Source: a virus
Taxonomy: Duplodnaviria; Caudoviricetes
Reading direction: 5' to 3' (one strand)
Length of the DNA stretch: 64,000 bases
Virus record (IMG/VR): IMGVR_UViG_3300010376_002108
Location: 1 to 64,000 of that record
Part shown: piece after piece, positions 42,398 to 51,959 of the stretch
Layout: each line of letters begins with the position of its first letter
How positions within the stretch are numbered: position 1 is the stretch's first letter
Notes under the pieces: model-generated
Database searches by the model: none
Seen by the model: only the letters and a program-made list of their open reading frames with translations
What the model was told of the DNA's origin: nothing
Program-made: the position numbers and the translations under genes

Positions 42398-43308
42398 TCA
42401 CCGGGATCACGCTCACCGACCCGGTCACCGGGACGTCGTCGGCGGTGCTGCCCCGCGCCGGGGTGAAAGCGGCCACCCTGGACGTGCAGGGCACGGCGCG
42501 GGAAATCACCGAGGACACGGTGCTGGGCGACGGGTCGATCGACAACACGTCCGCGCTCGGCCCGGCTGCCGCGTCGCTGTCGCTGCTGTTCACCGCCCCG
42601 GGCACGTTCTCCGCGCTGGGTGATGAATTCCGGTCCTACTGCCACCCGTCGCAGCGGCCGATCCTGACCGTCACCGACGACGAGTGGGCCGGGGTTGCCC
42701 GGCAGCTCACCTTGCGCTATTCGGCGGCGTCGGCGCCGCTGGATTCCAGCATGTACCCGGCCGCTTTGGCGATGCAGCTCCAGTGGGTGGTGCCCAACGG
42801 CCGGTGGGAGCAGGCCGGGGACCTGGTCGCCGCCGGGGTGCCGATGACCATCCCGGCGCTGACCGGCATCGCGTCGTCCGCGACCGGGCCGGGCATCCAC
42901 TCGACGGCGGGCACCTCCGGGCTCGCCACCACGACCGGCGGGTGGCACATGCCCGCCACGTCCGCGCCGCCGGAATTCCAGCTTGTCAACCCGGGGAACA
43001 TCCCGTCGCAGTGGACGGCGCTGCTGTACGGGCCGTGCACCGGGCCCAAGTTCGCGGACGACACGGCCGGCCTGGCGGTCGAATTCACTGACGCGCTGGT
43101 GCTGGCCGCCGGGGATTACGTGCTGCTCGACTCGGCCCGGCACACCGCCTTGCAGACCGGGGTCACTCCGGTGATGACACTGCTGAACTTCGCCACCACG
43201 CTGTGGTGGCAGCTCGGCAAGGGACTCAACCAGCTCCGCTACTACCCCACCTCCGGGTCGGCGGGCGCCTACGCCCAGTTGTACTACCGGCCCGGGTGGA
43301 TGGCATGA
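42394..43308 (+). CDS. distal tail protein (Dit-like)
   Basis: Follows TMP; NPGNIPSQW...GP...LVLAAGDYVLLDS...GLNQLRY. Confidence 0.75.
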   Translation: MITGITLTDPVTGTSSAVLPRAGVKAATLDVQGTAREITEDTVLGDGSIDNTSALGPAAASLSLLFTAPGTFSALGDEFRSYCHPSQRPILTVTDDEWAGVARQLTLRYSAASAPLDSSMYPAALAMQLQWVVPNGRWEQAGDLVAAGVPMTIPALTGIASSATGPGIHSTAGTSGLATTTGGWHMPATSAPPEFQLVNPGNIPSQWTALLYGPCTGPKFADDTAGLAVEFTDALVLAAGDYVLLDSARHTALQTGVTPVMTLLNFATTLWWQLGKGLNQLRYYPTSGSAGAYAQLYYRPGWMA

Positions 43309-43321
43309 GGAAGGGCCGCCC

Positions 43322-44302
43322 GTGACGTTCTACCAGCCGGTCTGGCAGCAGCCGACCACGGGCGACCCGGACCTGACCTACTCCGGTTTCCTGATGCGCA
43401 ACCACAACCGGTCGCTGATGGCCGCCGGCGACGGCGTGCAGGGCGTGGAAGGGGTGCTGTCGGCCGGGTCCGGGCTGAAAGTCAGCGCGGGCACCGGGTT
43501 CGCGGTCAACGTGGCGTCCGGCCGGGCGATGGTCAACGACGACTACGCCACCAACGGCGGCCAGTCGATGTGCTGGATGGATTCCAGCGGCAGCGTCACC
43601 TGCCCGTCGGCGCCCGGGTCCGGGTCGGACCTGCACCGGATCGTGCTGCGGGTGCGGGACAAGCTGGAGCACACCGGCGCCGGCGGCGACTCGACCTACG
43701 ACTTCCTGCCCGACATCATCCCCGACACCACGCACACCGGGACGCTGCCCGCCACCCAGCCGTCGTGCATCACCCTCGCGTCGGTGCTCATCCCGGCCGG
43801 GTCGGGGTCGATCACCGCCGGCGGCGTGGTGATCACCGACATGCGGGAAATGTGCATCCCCAACGCGGTGCAGAAGTCCGCCGACACGTCCCGGTCCAGC
43901 ACGACCAGCATGAGCGTGGACCCGGCGCTGCAACTGACCAACCTTCAGTCCAATTGCACGATGTGGTTTCAGGGGCAGGTGTTCTACATCGGCGGCACCG
44001 GCTCATCCGAGGGCGACCTGAAATTCACGTGGAACTGCACCGGGTGCACGATGCTGTACAACGTCGCCTACCGGGACACCGGCGGCAACCTGGTGTTGCC
44101 GCCCTACCACCCGGACACCGACACGATCACCGCGCAGACCGCTGGCACCAGCACCGGCCAGCTCTCACTGCTCTTTGAGGGGATCATCACCACCACCGGG
44201 GCGCCCTGCTCGGCCAACTTCAAATGGGCGCAAGGGTCGTCCAACTCCCAGGCCACCACCGTGCAGGCCGGGTCGTGGCTGCAAGCGCGGAGGCTGGTCT
44301 AG
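43322..44302 (+). CDS. minor tail protein, 326 aa
   Basis: LKVSAGTGFAVNVASGRA...RIVLRVRD...ITLASVLIPAG..ITDMR. Confidence 0.75.
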   Translation: MTFYQPVWQQPTTGDPDLTYSGFLMRNHNRSLMAAGDGVQGVEGVLSAGSGLKVSAGTGFAVNVASGRAMVNDDYATNGGQSMCWMDSSGSVTCPSAPGSGSDLHRIVLRVRDKLEHTGAGGDSTYDFLPDIIPDTTHTGTLPATQPSCITLASVLIPAGSGSITAGGVVITDMREMCIPNAVQKSADTSRSSTTSMSVDPALQLTNLQSNCTMWFQGQVFYIGGTGSSEGDLKFTWNCTGCTMLYNVAYRDTGGNLVLPPYHPDTDTITAQTAGTSTGQLSLLFEGIITTTGAPCSANFKWAQGSSNSQATTVQAGSWLQARRLV

Positions 44303-47300
44303 ATGTACTCGGTCGCCGGGGGCACCGCCCCGAACACCACCGCAGTGATCACCCTGACCGTCGGCTCCGGGCTGACCGGCGCGCAGGGCGTCGCCGTCGG
44401 GGACGTGGTTTTCGTCGGCTGGGGCACCAACGCCGGGGGCACCCAGACCGTCTCCTCGGTGACCGACTCGCAAGGGCACACGTACGCCCGGCAGGTGCAG
44501 CAGGCCACCGGCGGCGGCGGCGAGTTTTCCGAGCTGTGGACGACCAAGGCCACCCACGCCCTGGTCGTCGGCACCGACACGATCACCATCACCGCATCCT
44601 CGGTTTCCGGGGTCAAGCTGGCCGTGGTCCGGGCCAGCTCGGGCATCACCTCCGCGACAGCGGACAAGGTGGTCGCCAACCAGGGCACCACCGGCAACCC
44701 GTCAGCCGGGCCGACCGCCACCTTGTCGTCCGCGAACGAGGTGGTGATCGCCGGGATAAACAACGCCTCGGCGGGCGGCATCCCGTCTGCCCTGTCGTGG
44801 GGCGGCGCCGGGGTCAACATCTCATCCAACGGCCACCTGACCCTGTTCGATGAGACGGTCACCTCCAACGCGGCGGTCACCGCCGGGGGCACCGTCACGT
44901 CCGGGGCGTGGACCTGCTGGGTGGCCACGTTCGCCAGATCGGTGGCCGCGCTGACCGTCACCTCCACCAGCCCGCCCGCCGGCACGGTCGGCAGCGCGTA
45001 CGGCCCGGGGGGCGCCGGGTACGCGCTGACCTCCACCGGCGGATCCGGGGCGGTGTCGTGGAACACCACCGGGGCGCTGCCGCCGGGGCTGAAAATGTCG
45101 GGCACCGGCACGCACGTCGCCGGGGCCACCCTCGCCGGGTCCGGCGGCCACACCGCGATCACGAACCTGTACTCCACCTACTGGTCGAACCTGGGCCTGG
45201 CCACCGCCAACAACAAGAAGATCTATTTCGCCCCGGCGGGGACGTTCCCCACCAACTCGTCGCTGGCCGCGTGGAAGTCCAGCAATGAGGACGTCGGCTC
45301 CGCGCTCGACCTCGGCATGGGCATGCTGCTGTGCTTCAAGATGAACATTCAGGGCAGCACCGCCCCGGCGTCGTATTCGCCGTCGATCACCTGGCCGGGG
45401 ACGCAGATGGCCGCCCAGTCGGTGCTGGACGCCGACTACGCGGCGATGAAGCTCACCATTCAGTCGATCCAGGCGGCGTGCACGGCGGCGGGCAACGGGG
45501 CAAACGTGTTCGGCGTCTGCTTCTACCAGGAGATGGACGGGAAGAAACGGCAGACCCAGGACGGGCTGACCGATCAGATCAATCAGATCACGTTCTTGTA
45601 CCGGTACAACTACGCCCGGTTCAAAACCGACTTCCCCGGCATCGACCTGGTGATCATCTACACCGGGTTCACCACCGACAACGCGGGCCGCGAGGCGCAG
45701 TGGCCCGGCCCGCACCCGCTGTCACCGGGCGGCCCGGACGGCACCGGCAACTGCTACGTGGACTCGCTGTCGATCGACTTGTACGCCGACGGGTGGGCCA
45801 GCTCGGGCAGCGCGGCCCGGTACCCGTGGTCGGAAAACCCGTCCACCAAGCCCGGCTATTGTGACATCGCCGCCTACGCGAACACGGTGCTAGGCGGCGG
45901 CCGGCAGGTTAAATTCGGGTGGACCGAAATCGGGGACAGCGCGCAGGGCAACATCCCGCCGCAGACCGCGATCACCAACTACCTGGCCGCCGCAGCCACC
46001 GACCCGTACAACCTGCCCGGCGACACGATGCAGCACGGCGTCCTCGCCACCTACCAGAAGTGGATCAAACTCGGCTACCCGATCACCCCGCCGATGTGGT
46101 ACGCGAGGGCGTCCAGCCCGCCGGGGCCGAACCTGATCACCGACCAGAACGACTTCCGCATCCCGCTGTGGAACCAGGTGGACTCGGCCACCGCGTCGGT
46201 GACCAGCCCGTCTATCACCGGCAACCCAACCCAGGCCGGCGTTTACGGCGGCATCGCGTTCAACGCCGCCGACACCGGCGGCCACACCGCGTCCGCGACC
46301 GTGTCGATCACGATCAACGGGGTCACCGCGCCGCCGTCGATTTCCACCCCGTCGCCGCTGACCCCCGGCCAGGTGGGCGTCCCGCAGGTGTGGGCGCTCG
46401 GCGTCAACGGCGGCACCCCGCCGTTTGCCTGGTCGCTTGCGGCGGGCACGGCGCCGCTGCCTGACGGGCTGGCGTTCACCCCGGACGGGACGCTGTCCGG
46501 CACGCCCAACGCGGCCGGGTCCTACGGGCCCAAATTCAAGGTCACCGACGCGGCGGGCAAGTCCGCGTCGGCGGTGCTGGCGCTGACGATCAACCCGGCG
46601 CCGGTCGATCCGGGGACGGTCGCCCCGCCGCTGGTGGTCGGCGGCGCGGTCGCCGGGAAAGACTGGCATTTCCTGTTCTGCGCGCCGCAGCCGGACGGCA
46701 CCGTGCTGGAGGAAGTGGTGCAGTCGCGGCAGCGGCAGCTCATCGTCCGGGCCGGCCCGGGTGCGGGCGGCGGCATTTCCGGCGGCGGCGGCGGCGTCTA
46801 CTCCGAGGTGAACCTGGACGTCAACGGCCAGTCGCAGGCCGCGCTGGCGACCACCGGCAAGACCCTCGCCCTGGACGTGCAGGTGCGGCTGGGCGCGCAA
46901 ACCCTGTTCTGCGGCCGGCTGGGCGTCGAAGCGGACACGCTGTCGGCCACCGACACGCACCGGTTCACCCCGCAGGCGTTGGACTACCGGGAGCTGCTGC
47001 GCCGCCGCGACCTGGCCTACATCGACCCGTCGGTTAACTCTGGCGGGCCGCCGGAAGTGACGACCGACATCGCCACGATCGCGTGGCGGCTGCTCCAGCC
47101 GACCGTGTACACCGCCGCCGCCGACGGCAAGCAGTATTTCGGCACCCAGTACCAGCCCGGCGGGAACCTGGGGATCCGGCAGGGCGCCGGGGCGTCCGGG
47201 CTGGGCATCACCTACACGAACAATTACGTGCACCAGGATTTCGTGGGCGCGGCGATCGACCGGCTGTGCCAGGTGAGCCCGGGGTCGGACTGGGACATCA

Positions 47301-47878
47301 GCATGTACGGCACGGCGGGCAACGATCTGCGGCTGGACATGTGGTCGCCGTGGCGCGGGTCGGACAAGGGGGTGGTGCTGGAATGGGGCGGCGGCCTGGT
47401 CAGCGGGATCAGCCGGGGCACCGACCCGTCGCAGTATGCCAACTCGGTGTTCGTTCCCGACCCGGGCACGTTCACCGGGTCCACGTGGGTGCAGGAAGAT
47501 GCCGACGACATCAACACCCGCCCGGAGGGCCGCTGGGATCAGGTGTATTCCAGCTCGGCCGCCGACCAGGCGTCGTTGCAGTCGGATGCGGACTGGGCGC
47601 TGGCCGCCGGGCAGGTGGTGCTGCCCACCTACACGATCACGCTGTACGCGGGGGCGTGGCCGGGCCCGGATTACCTGTGGATCGGGGATATCGTGACGGT
47701 GATCATCAACTCGGGGCGGTTGCACGTGCAGGACCGGGTGCCGGTGACCGAGATGCAGTTCGACGTCGGCCCTACCAACGTGGAGGCTGTGACGATCACC
47801 GCCGGGCGGGTGCCGTTCCGCGACCACCAGGCCCTAGCCAACGTCCTGCGCCGGCTGCGCCGTCTGGAGACGATGTGA
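44303..47878 (+). CDS. tail tip/hub protein with N-terminal beta-sandwich, Ig-like (He_PIG) domains and a GH26-like glycoside hydrolase
   Basis: GALPPGL and LPDGLAFTPDGTLSGTP Ig repeats; FYQEMDG, VDSLSIDLY, KFGWTEIG; C-terminal hub-like GDIVTVII. Confidence 0.8.
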   Translation: MYSVAGGTAPNTTAVITLTVGSGLTGAQGVAVGDVVFVGWGTNAGGTQTVSSVTDSQGHTYARQVQQATGGGGEFSELWTTKATHALVVGTDTITITASSVSGVKLAVVRASSGITSATADKVVANQGTTGNPSAGPTATLSSANEVVIAGINNASAGGIPSALSWGGAGVNISSNGHLTLFDETVTSNAAVTAGGTVTSGAWTCWVATFARSVAALTVTSTSPPAGTVGSAYGPGGAGYALTSTGGSGAVSWNTTGALPPGLKMSGTGTHVAGATLAGSGGHTAITNLYSTYWSNLGLATANNKKIYFAPAGTFPTNSSLAAWKSSNEDVGSALDLGMGMLLCFKMNIQGSTAPASYSPSITWPGTQMAAQSVLDADYAAMKLTIQSIQAACTAAGNGANVFGVCFYQEMDGKKRQTQDGLTDQINQITFLYRYNYARFKTDFPGIDLVIIYTGFTTDNAGREAQWPGPHPLSPGGPDGTGNCYVDSLSIDLYADGWASSGSAARYPWSENPSTKPGYCDIAAYANTVLGGGRQVKFGWTEIGDSAQGNIPPQTAITNYLAAAATDPYNLPGDTMQHGVLATYQKWIKLGYPITPPMWYARASSPPGPNLITDQNDFRIPLWNQVDSATASVTSPSITGNPTQAGVYGGIAFNAADTGGHTASATVSITINGVTAPPSISTPSPLTPGQVGVPQVWALGVNGGTPPFAWSLAAGTAPLPDGLAFTPDGTLSGTPNAAGSYGPKFKVTDAAGKSASAVLALTINPAPVDPGTVAPPLVVGGAVAGKDWHFLFCAPQPDGTVLEEVVQSRQRQLIVRAGPGAGGGISGGGGGVYSEVNLDVNGQSQAALATTGKTLALDVQVRLGAQTLFCGRLGVEADTLSATDTHRFTPQALDYRELLRRRDLAYIDPSVNSGGPPEVTTDIATIAWRLLQPTVYTAAADGKQYFGTQYQPGGNLGIRQGAGASGLGITYTNNYVHQDFVGAAIDRLCQVSPGSDWDISMYGTAGNDLRLDMWSPWRGSDKGVVLEWGGGLVSGISRGTDPSQYANSVFVPDPGTFTGSTWVQEDADDINTRPEGRWDQVYSSSAADQASLQSDADWALAAGQVVLPTYTITLYAGAWPGPDYLWIGDIVTVIINSGRLHVQDRVPVTEMQFDVGPTNVEAVTITAGRVPFRDHQALANVLRRLRRLETM

Positions 47879-48333
47879 CCACGCCCGATCAGATTCTCGC
47901 CCGCCTCCAGGCCGCCGAGGCGAAGATCGCCGCGCTGGAATCGGGGCAGTTGCCCGCCGACGCCGCAGCCGCGACCGCGCCGCAGCCGGGGGCGCCGCCA
48001 TGGTGGCACTGGGCGGCCAACGGCACCTGGGCGTCGGGCAGCCGGACCGCGACCTGCGGCGGCTGCGGCCTGGCGATCGTCCGCGACGACGGCGGGATGG
48101 ACTGGGCCGGCCCGGACGGGTCGTACGCGTGCGCGGGCGGCCCGCACCCGGACGCGGTCGCCCCGGCCGACGACTCGCGCATCGCCGCCGCCGAGCTGCA
48201 CGAGACGGAGAAGCAGGCACGGGCGGATGCCGACGAGGCCGCCGCCGCAGCCGGGGAAGGTGACGACCGGGAACCGGGCCGGTACGAATGGCAGGACGGC
48301 GTCCTGGTCCGCGTCGGTGACCTGCTCGAATGA
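47875..48333 (+). CDS. hypothetical protein, 152 aa
   Basis: GTGA coupling; ILARLQAAEAKIAALE; CGGC motif. Confidence 0.65.
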   Translation: MTTPDQILARLQAAEAKIAALESGQLPADAAAATAPQPGAPPWWHWAANGTWASGSRTATCGGCGLAIVRDDGGMDWAGPDGSYACAGGPHPDAVAPADDSRIAAAELHETEKQARADADEAAAAAGEGDDREPGRYEWQDGVLVRVGDLLE

Positions 48334-48569
48334 GCGGCGGCAACGGCTCATTCGTGAGCTGGGGCCGCTATGACGCCGAGCACCAGGCCATCCTGGGGCG
48401 GCTGGACGAGCTGGAGGGCCGGTGGGCTCAGCAGGCGGCGGATGCGCGGGAAGCGGCGACCGTCCGGCGGGGGCGCACGTGGATGATCCTGATAGCGGTG
48501 CTGTCCGGCCTGGTGTGCCCGGTGGCGGTGACCGCGATCATCACCATCTTGCACCTGTCCACGGGCTAG
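48330..48569 (+). CDS. small membrane protein (lysis-region type), 79 aa
   Basis: Coiled-coil followed by one TM segment. Confidence 0.65.
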   Translation: MSGGNGSFVSWGRYDAEHQAILGRLDELEGRWAQQAADAREAATVRRGRTWMILIAVLSGLVCPVAVTAIITILHLSTG

Positions 48570-48829
48570 TTCCCCGGTGGGCGGTCGCCGCGCTGCTGAT
48601 AATCGCCGTCCTGCTGGCCGCCGCCCTGACTGTCAACCAGGTGGCCACCAACAAGCTGCTGCGCCAGGTGGGCCGGCTGACCCAGCACGTGTGCGTCCTC
48701 CAGGCGCACGCGATCCACGAGTCCCGCAGCGAGGAAATCCCCGCCCAGCAGGGGCGGGCGATCACCCGCCGGTACGTCGTCACCGGGACGTGCGTTGACG
48801 GGCGGGTCGAGCCGCCGCCGGGGCCTTAG
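48515..48829 (+). CDS. putative membrane protein (start uncertain)
   Basis: WAVAALLIIAVLLAAALTV TM segment; nearest in-frame start is GTG 48515, overlapping the upstream gene. Confidence 0.4.
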   Translation: MPGGGDRDHHHLAPVHGLVPRWAVAALLIIAVLLAAALTVNQVATNKLLRQVGRLTQHVCVLQAHAIHESRSEEIPAQQGRAITRRYVVTGTCVDGRVEPPPGP

Positions 48830-49083
48830 CGGGGCCAGCGGCGGGCGGCGGCGGCGCGGCGTCGCAGCAGCCACCGCCGCCGGGGCGGCACCAGCAGCGC
48901 CATGCCGGGCACGAAACCGGGCGGCGCCGGCGGCACGACGGGGGCCCGCCACGCGGGCCTGCCCTCGACCACCTCCCACGGCCCGGCCTGCCCGGGGTTG
49001 GGCTCGGGGGCGACGATCAGGTCGAACCGGTACCGCAGCCAGCGCGGCCGGGTCAGCCGCACATCCGGTTCACGCCCGATCAT
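48826..49083 (-). CDS. hypothetical protein, 85 aa
   Basis: Coupled to the upstream minus-strand ORF. Confidence 0.45.
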   Translation of the reverse strand: MIGREPDVRLTRPRWLRYRFDLIVAPEPNPGQAGPWEVVEGRPAWRAPVVPPAPPGFVPGMALLVPPRRRWLLRRRAAAARRWPR

Positions 49084-49444
49084 GGCCGTCCGGGTACACG
49101 GTCAGCTCGACGCGCACCGTCACGCCGTCCGGTTCGCCTGGCCAGTCCTTGCGGTACTCGGTGACGGTGGTCTTCTCCCAGCGCCGCCCGGTCGTGCAGC
49201 CTTCGCCCCTGGCGACCGTGCCGGCCACCCAGTAGTCGTTGACGCTGGCGGTGCAGCCTTCGCCGTCCCAGCCGTGGCACAGCCAGTTACCCGGCCGCAC
49301 CCATGAGTTGAGCGTCAGGCCGAATAGCTCGGGCGGGTGCTCAACGCGTGCCGGGTGGTGGCGCATCGGACCGTGCGCCTTGCACGTCACCGTCAACTCG
49401 TCAACACCGGCGGCCAGCGCGGGCGCGTTTATGAAATCCGTCAC
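49070..49444 (-). CDS. hypothetical protein with Cys/His motifs (possibly leaderless)
   Basis: TAGACT 7 nt upstream of GTG 49444; TCKAHG, WLCHGW. Confidence 0.55.
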   Translation of the reverse strand: MTDFINAPALAAGVDELTVTCKAHGPMRHHPARVEHPPELFGLTLNSWVRPGNWLCHGWDGEGCTASVNDYWVAGTVARGEGCTTGRRWEKTTVTEYRKDWPGEPDGVTVRVELTVYPDGHDRA

Positions 49445-49467
49445 GCCGCCAAGTCTAGGAGGCACCC

Positions 49468-50892
49468 GTGGCACCGCCCGGAAAGCTCACCGTCGGCGCC
49501 GACGGCAAGGTACGCGGCCCCGCGAAAATCGAGTACAACAACCCGTTCCCGTGCGTCAACGGCCGGTACGGGTCCGGGGCGATGAACGGTGTTTTGATGC
49601 ACACGATGGTTTGTGACCTGCCCCTGTGCATCCGTATGTTCAACGACCCCGCCCGGCAGGCGTCCGCCCACTTCGGCATCGCCCAAGACGGCCTGATCCA
49701 CCAGTTCGGCCCCATCGGCAAGGGGTGGATCGCCTGGCACTGCGCCGCCGGCAACGACGTCTGGTACGGCATCGAGCACGCCGACGGCGGCAATCCCAAC
49801 ACGCCGCTCACCTCCGCGCAGGTCACCGCGTCCGCGCAGCTCGTGGAGTGCCTGTCCGCGTATGCCGGGTTCCCCCTGCAAGTGACCGACTCCACGTCCG
49901 GGCGCGGCTACGGGGTGCACAGCATGGGCGGCACAGCATGGGGCGGCCACACCTGCCCCGACCTGCCCCCCAGGCACGTCCGCTCCGCCCAGCGGCCGGC
50001 GATCATCACCCTGGCCAAGCAGATCCGCGCCGGGAAAGCCCCGGCGCCCGCAGCACCGAAAGCAGCCGCCGTGGCCCGCAACCTGGTCATGTACGACAAC
50101 GTCACCGTCAGCCTGCTGCCCCCCGGCGGCGACGCGTACGCCTGCTACACCGACGGCCGGTACGCCAACTGCCCCGCCGTCCGCGCGAAATTCCCCGGCG
50201 CGAAAATCCTCACCATTGCCGTGTTCGCCTCCGATGACGCCGACTGCCTGGACGTCGAACCGGGCGACGCCACCGTGGCGCAGGTGCCCGGGTGGGCGGC
50301 CCGCCAGTACAAGCGTGGCGTCACCCGGCCGTGCATCTACACGTCCGCGTCCACCGTGACGGCGGTGATCGCGGCGATGAACGCCGCCGGGCACGCCCGG
50401 CCCACCTACCGCATCTGGTCGGCGCATTACAACGGGTCCGAGCACATCTGCGCCCCGGGCGGCTGCGGCTACCCGCAGGCCGACGCCACCCAGTGGACAA
50501 GCCGCGCCCGGGGGATCTCGCTTGACCAGTCCTTGTGCAAGCCCGATTTCTTCGGCGCCCCCGCCGCGCCGCCGCCGGCGGTTCCCGAGCTAACGGAGGA
50601 TGACATGCCCTACGTTTCACTGCCGCAGGCCACCGGCCAGTCGGTGGTATTGCAGTGGCCCGCCGGGACGATGAAAGGCGTGGCCCTGTGCACCGATGAA
50701 CAGGGCGCGGTGACGTTTTCCTACGCCGAGCTGCACACTGACTCGACCCCGTCCAAGTGGTACTCCCATGACGACCTGGTCGCCGCGCCCCGGGTGATCC
50801 GCGCGTTCGCCAACCCGGACACGTGCACGGCGGTGCGGGTCACCTTCAAGGCGGGCAAGGGCGCGTCCGGCCTGCACGCCTACCCGAAATGA
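49468..50892 (+). CDS. endolysin: Amidase_2-type N-acetylmuramoyl-L-alanine amidase plus GH25-like muramidase domain
   Basis: LMHTM, ASAHF, AWHC, GIEH, HTCP; then CLDVEPGDA, PCIYTSAS, IWSAHY, ATQWT; AGGAGG SD. Confidence 0.88.
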   Translation: MAPPGKLTVGADGKVRGPAKIEYNNPFPCVNGRYGSGAMNGVLMHTMVCDLPLCIRMFNDPARQASAHFGIAQDGLIHQFGPIGKGWIAWHCAAGNDVWYGIEHADGGNPNTPLTSAQVTASAQLVECLSAYAGFPLQVTDSTSGRGYGVHSMGGTAWGGHTCPDLPPRHVRSAQRPAIITLAKQIRAGKAPAPAAPKAAAVARNLVMYDNVTVSLLPPGGDAYACYTDGRYANCPAVRAKFPGAKILTIAVFASDDADCLDVEPGDATVAQVPGWAARQYKRGVTRPCIYTSASTVTAVIAAMNAAGHARPTYRIWSAHYNGSEHICAPGGCGYPQADATQWTSRARGISLDQSLCKPDFFGAPAAPPPAVPELTEDDMPYVSLPQATGQSVVLQWPAGTMKGVALCTDEQGAVTFSYAELHTDSTPSKWYSHDDLVAAPRVIRAFANPDTCTAVRVTFKAGKGASGLHAYPK

Positions 50893-51470
50893 GCGTGCTC
50901 GCCGCCGCGCCGGGTGACGTGCTCGCCGTCGCCGGCGGCCAGTCAGCCATGCAAAAGGCGATCCGCATCGGCGGCATCCTCAAGGGCCGGATGGGCGTCG
51001 CCAACCACGTCAAGATCATCACCCACCTGGACAAGAACGGCCGGTGGATGGGCATCGAAGGCAAGCCCGGCGGCGTCGGCCTGACCGACTGCACCCCCGA
51101 CCTGGCCCGGCCCACCACCCAGACCAACCACGACCAGCCCAAGCCGGGGGGCAAGGCCGCGCTGGACAAGTTCCTGGCCGGGGCCGCCAAGTCGCTGGGC
51201 GTGCAATACGACTGGGTGGGCATCGCCCAGGACACCGCGTCCGCGCTCGGCGCCCCCGACCTGTCCAAGCTGATCGACCCGCTGTGGCGGTGGCCCTCGG
51301 ACGGCAACCTGCTACCCGGGCACGTGGTCTGCTCAAGCCTGGCCGCGATGCTCTACACGCGGGTCGGCTGGGCCGAGCCCACCGGCAAGGACCCGGACCG
51401 GCAGTGCACCCCGCCGGACTGGTGGGACTGGTCGGCCAACCGGGAGTGGGAGAAGCATGCCGCCGCGTAA
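50889..51470 (+). CDS. permuted papain-like (NlpC/P60, YiiX/YaeF-type) protein
   Basis: PGDVL..NHVKI..GIEGKPGGV..GVQYDW..VVCSSL: His precedes Cys. Confidence 0.7.
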   Translation: MSVLAAAPGDVLAVAGGQSAMQKAIRIGGILKGRMGVANHVKIITHLDKNGRWMGIEGKPGGVGLTDCTPDLARPTTQTNHDQPKPGGKAALDKFLAGAAKSLGVQYDWVGIAQDTASALGAPDLSKLIDPLWRWPSDGNLLPGHVVCSSLAAMLYTRVGWAEPTGKDPDRQCTPPDWWDWSANREWEKHAAA

Positions 51471-51759
51471 ACGCGCCCGCCGGCAGGTCGCCGCCGCCGA
51501 GCTGCCCCCCGACCAGCAGGTGCCCGTCGCCCCGCTCGAAACCAAGGCCGTCGCCCCGGCCGGTGTCTCGGTGGTCGCCGGGGTGCTCACCTGGGCCCTC
51601 GTCACCTACATCCCGGCGTGGAAAGACGGCATCCCCGAAACGATAGCCGCGCTGATCCCCTGGGCGGCGGCGTGGCTGATCGCCACCGTCACCGGCTACC
51701 TGGCACCGCACACCGCCCGCCCGGACCTGGCGCTGCCCCCGGCCAGGGACGGCAAGTGA
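51457..51759 (+). CDS. holin
   Basis: Two TM segments, KAVAPAG...GYLAPHTARP; follows the lysin. Confidence 0.75.
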   Translation: MPPRKRARRQVAAAELPPDQQVPVAPLETKAVAPAGVSVVAGVLTWALVTYIPAWKDGIPETIAALIPWAAAWLIATVTGYLAPHTARPDLALPPARDGK

Positions 51760-51959
51760 GCGAGCTGGACCCGCCCGCGTCGCATGCGCGGATGACCGTC
51801 GTGCGGGTGTGGCCGGTGCTGTCGCACTGGCGGTACGACGTGCAGCATCCCGGGCCGCCGAAAATGCGCGCGTCGGGGGAATCGGCCACCGAGGCTGACG
51901 CGCTCGCGTCGGCCGTTGACGAGCTGGACCGGCTGGCGGCGGAGGTGGCCGATGGCTGA
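51756..51959 (+). CDS. hypothetical protein, 67 aa
   Basis: GTGA coupling. Confidence 0.5.
   Translation: MSELDPPASHARMTVVRVWPVLSHWRYDVQHPGPPKMRASGESATEADALASAVDELDRLAAEVADG

Noticed and set aside
48422-48829. Programmed frameshift or readthrough joining the two membrane ORFs before the lysin
   Set aside because: The second ORF lacks a well-placed start, but no slippery sequence is evident; an overlapping GTG start or a sequencing error explains it equally well.
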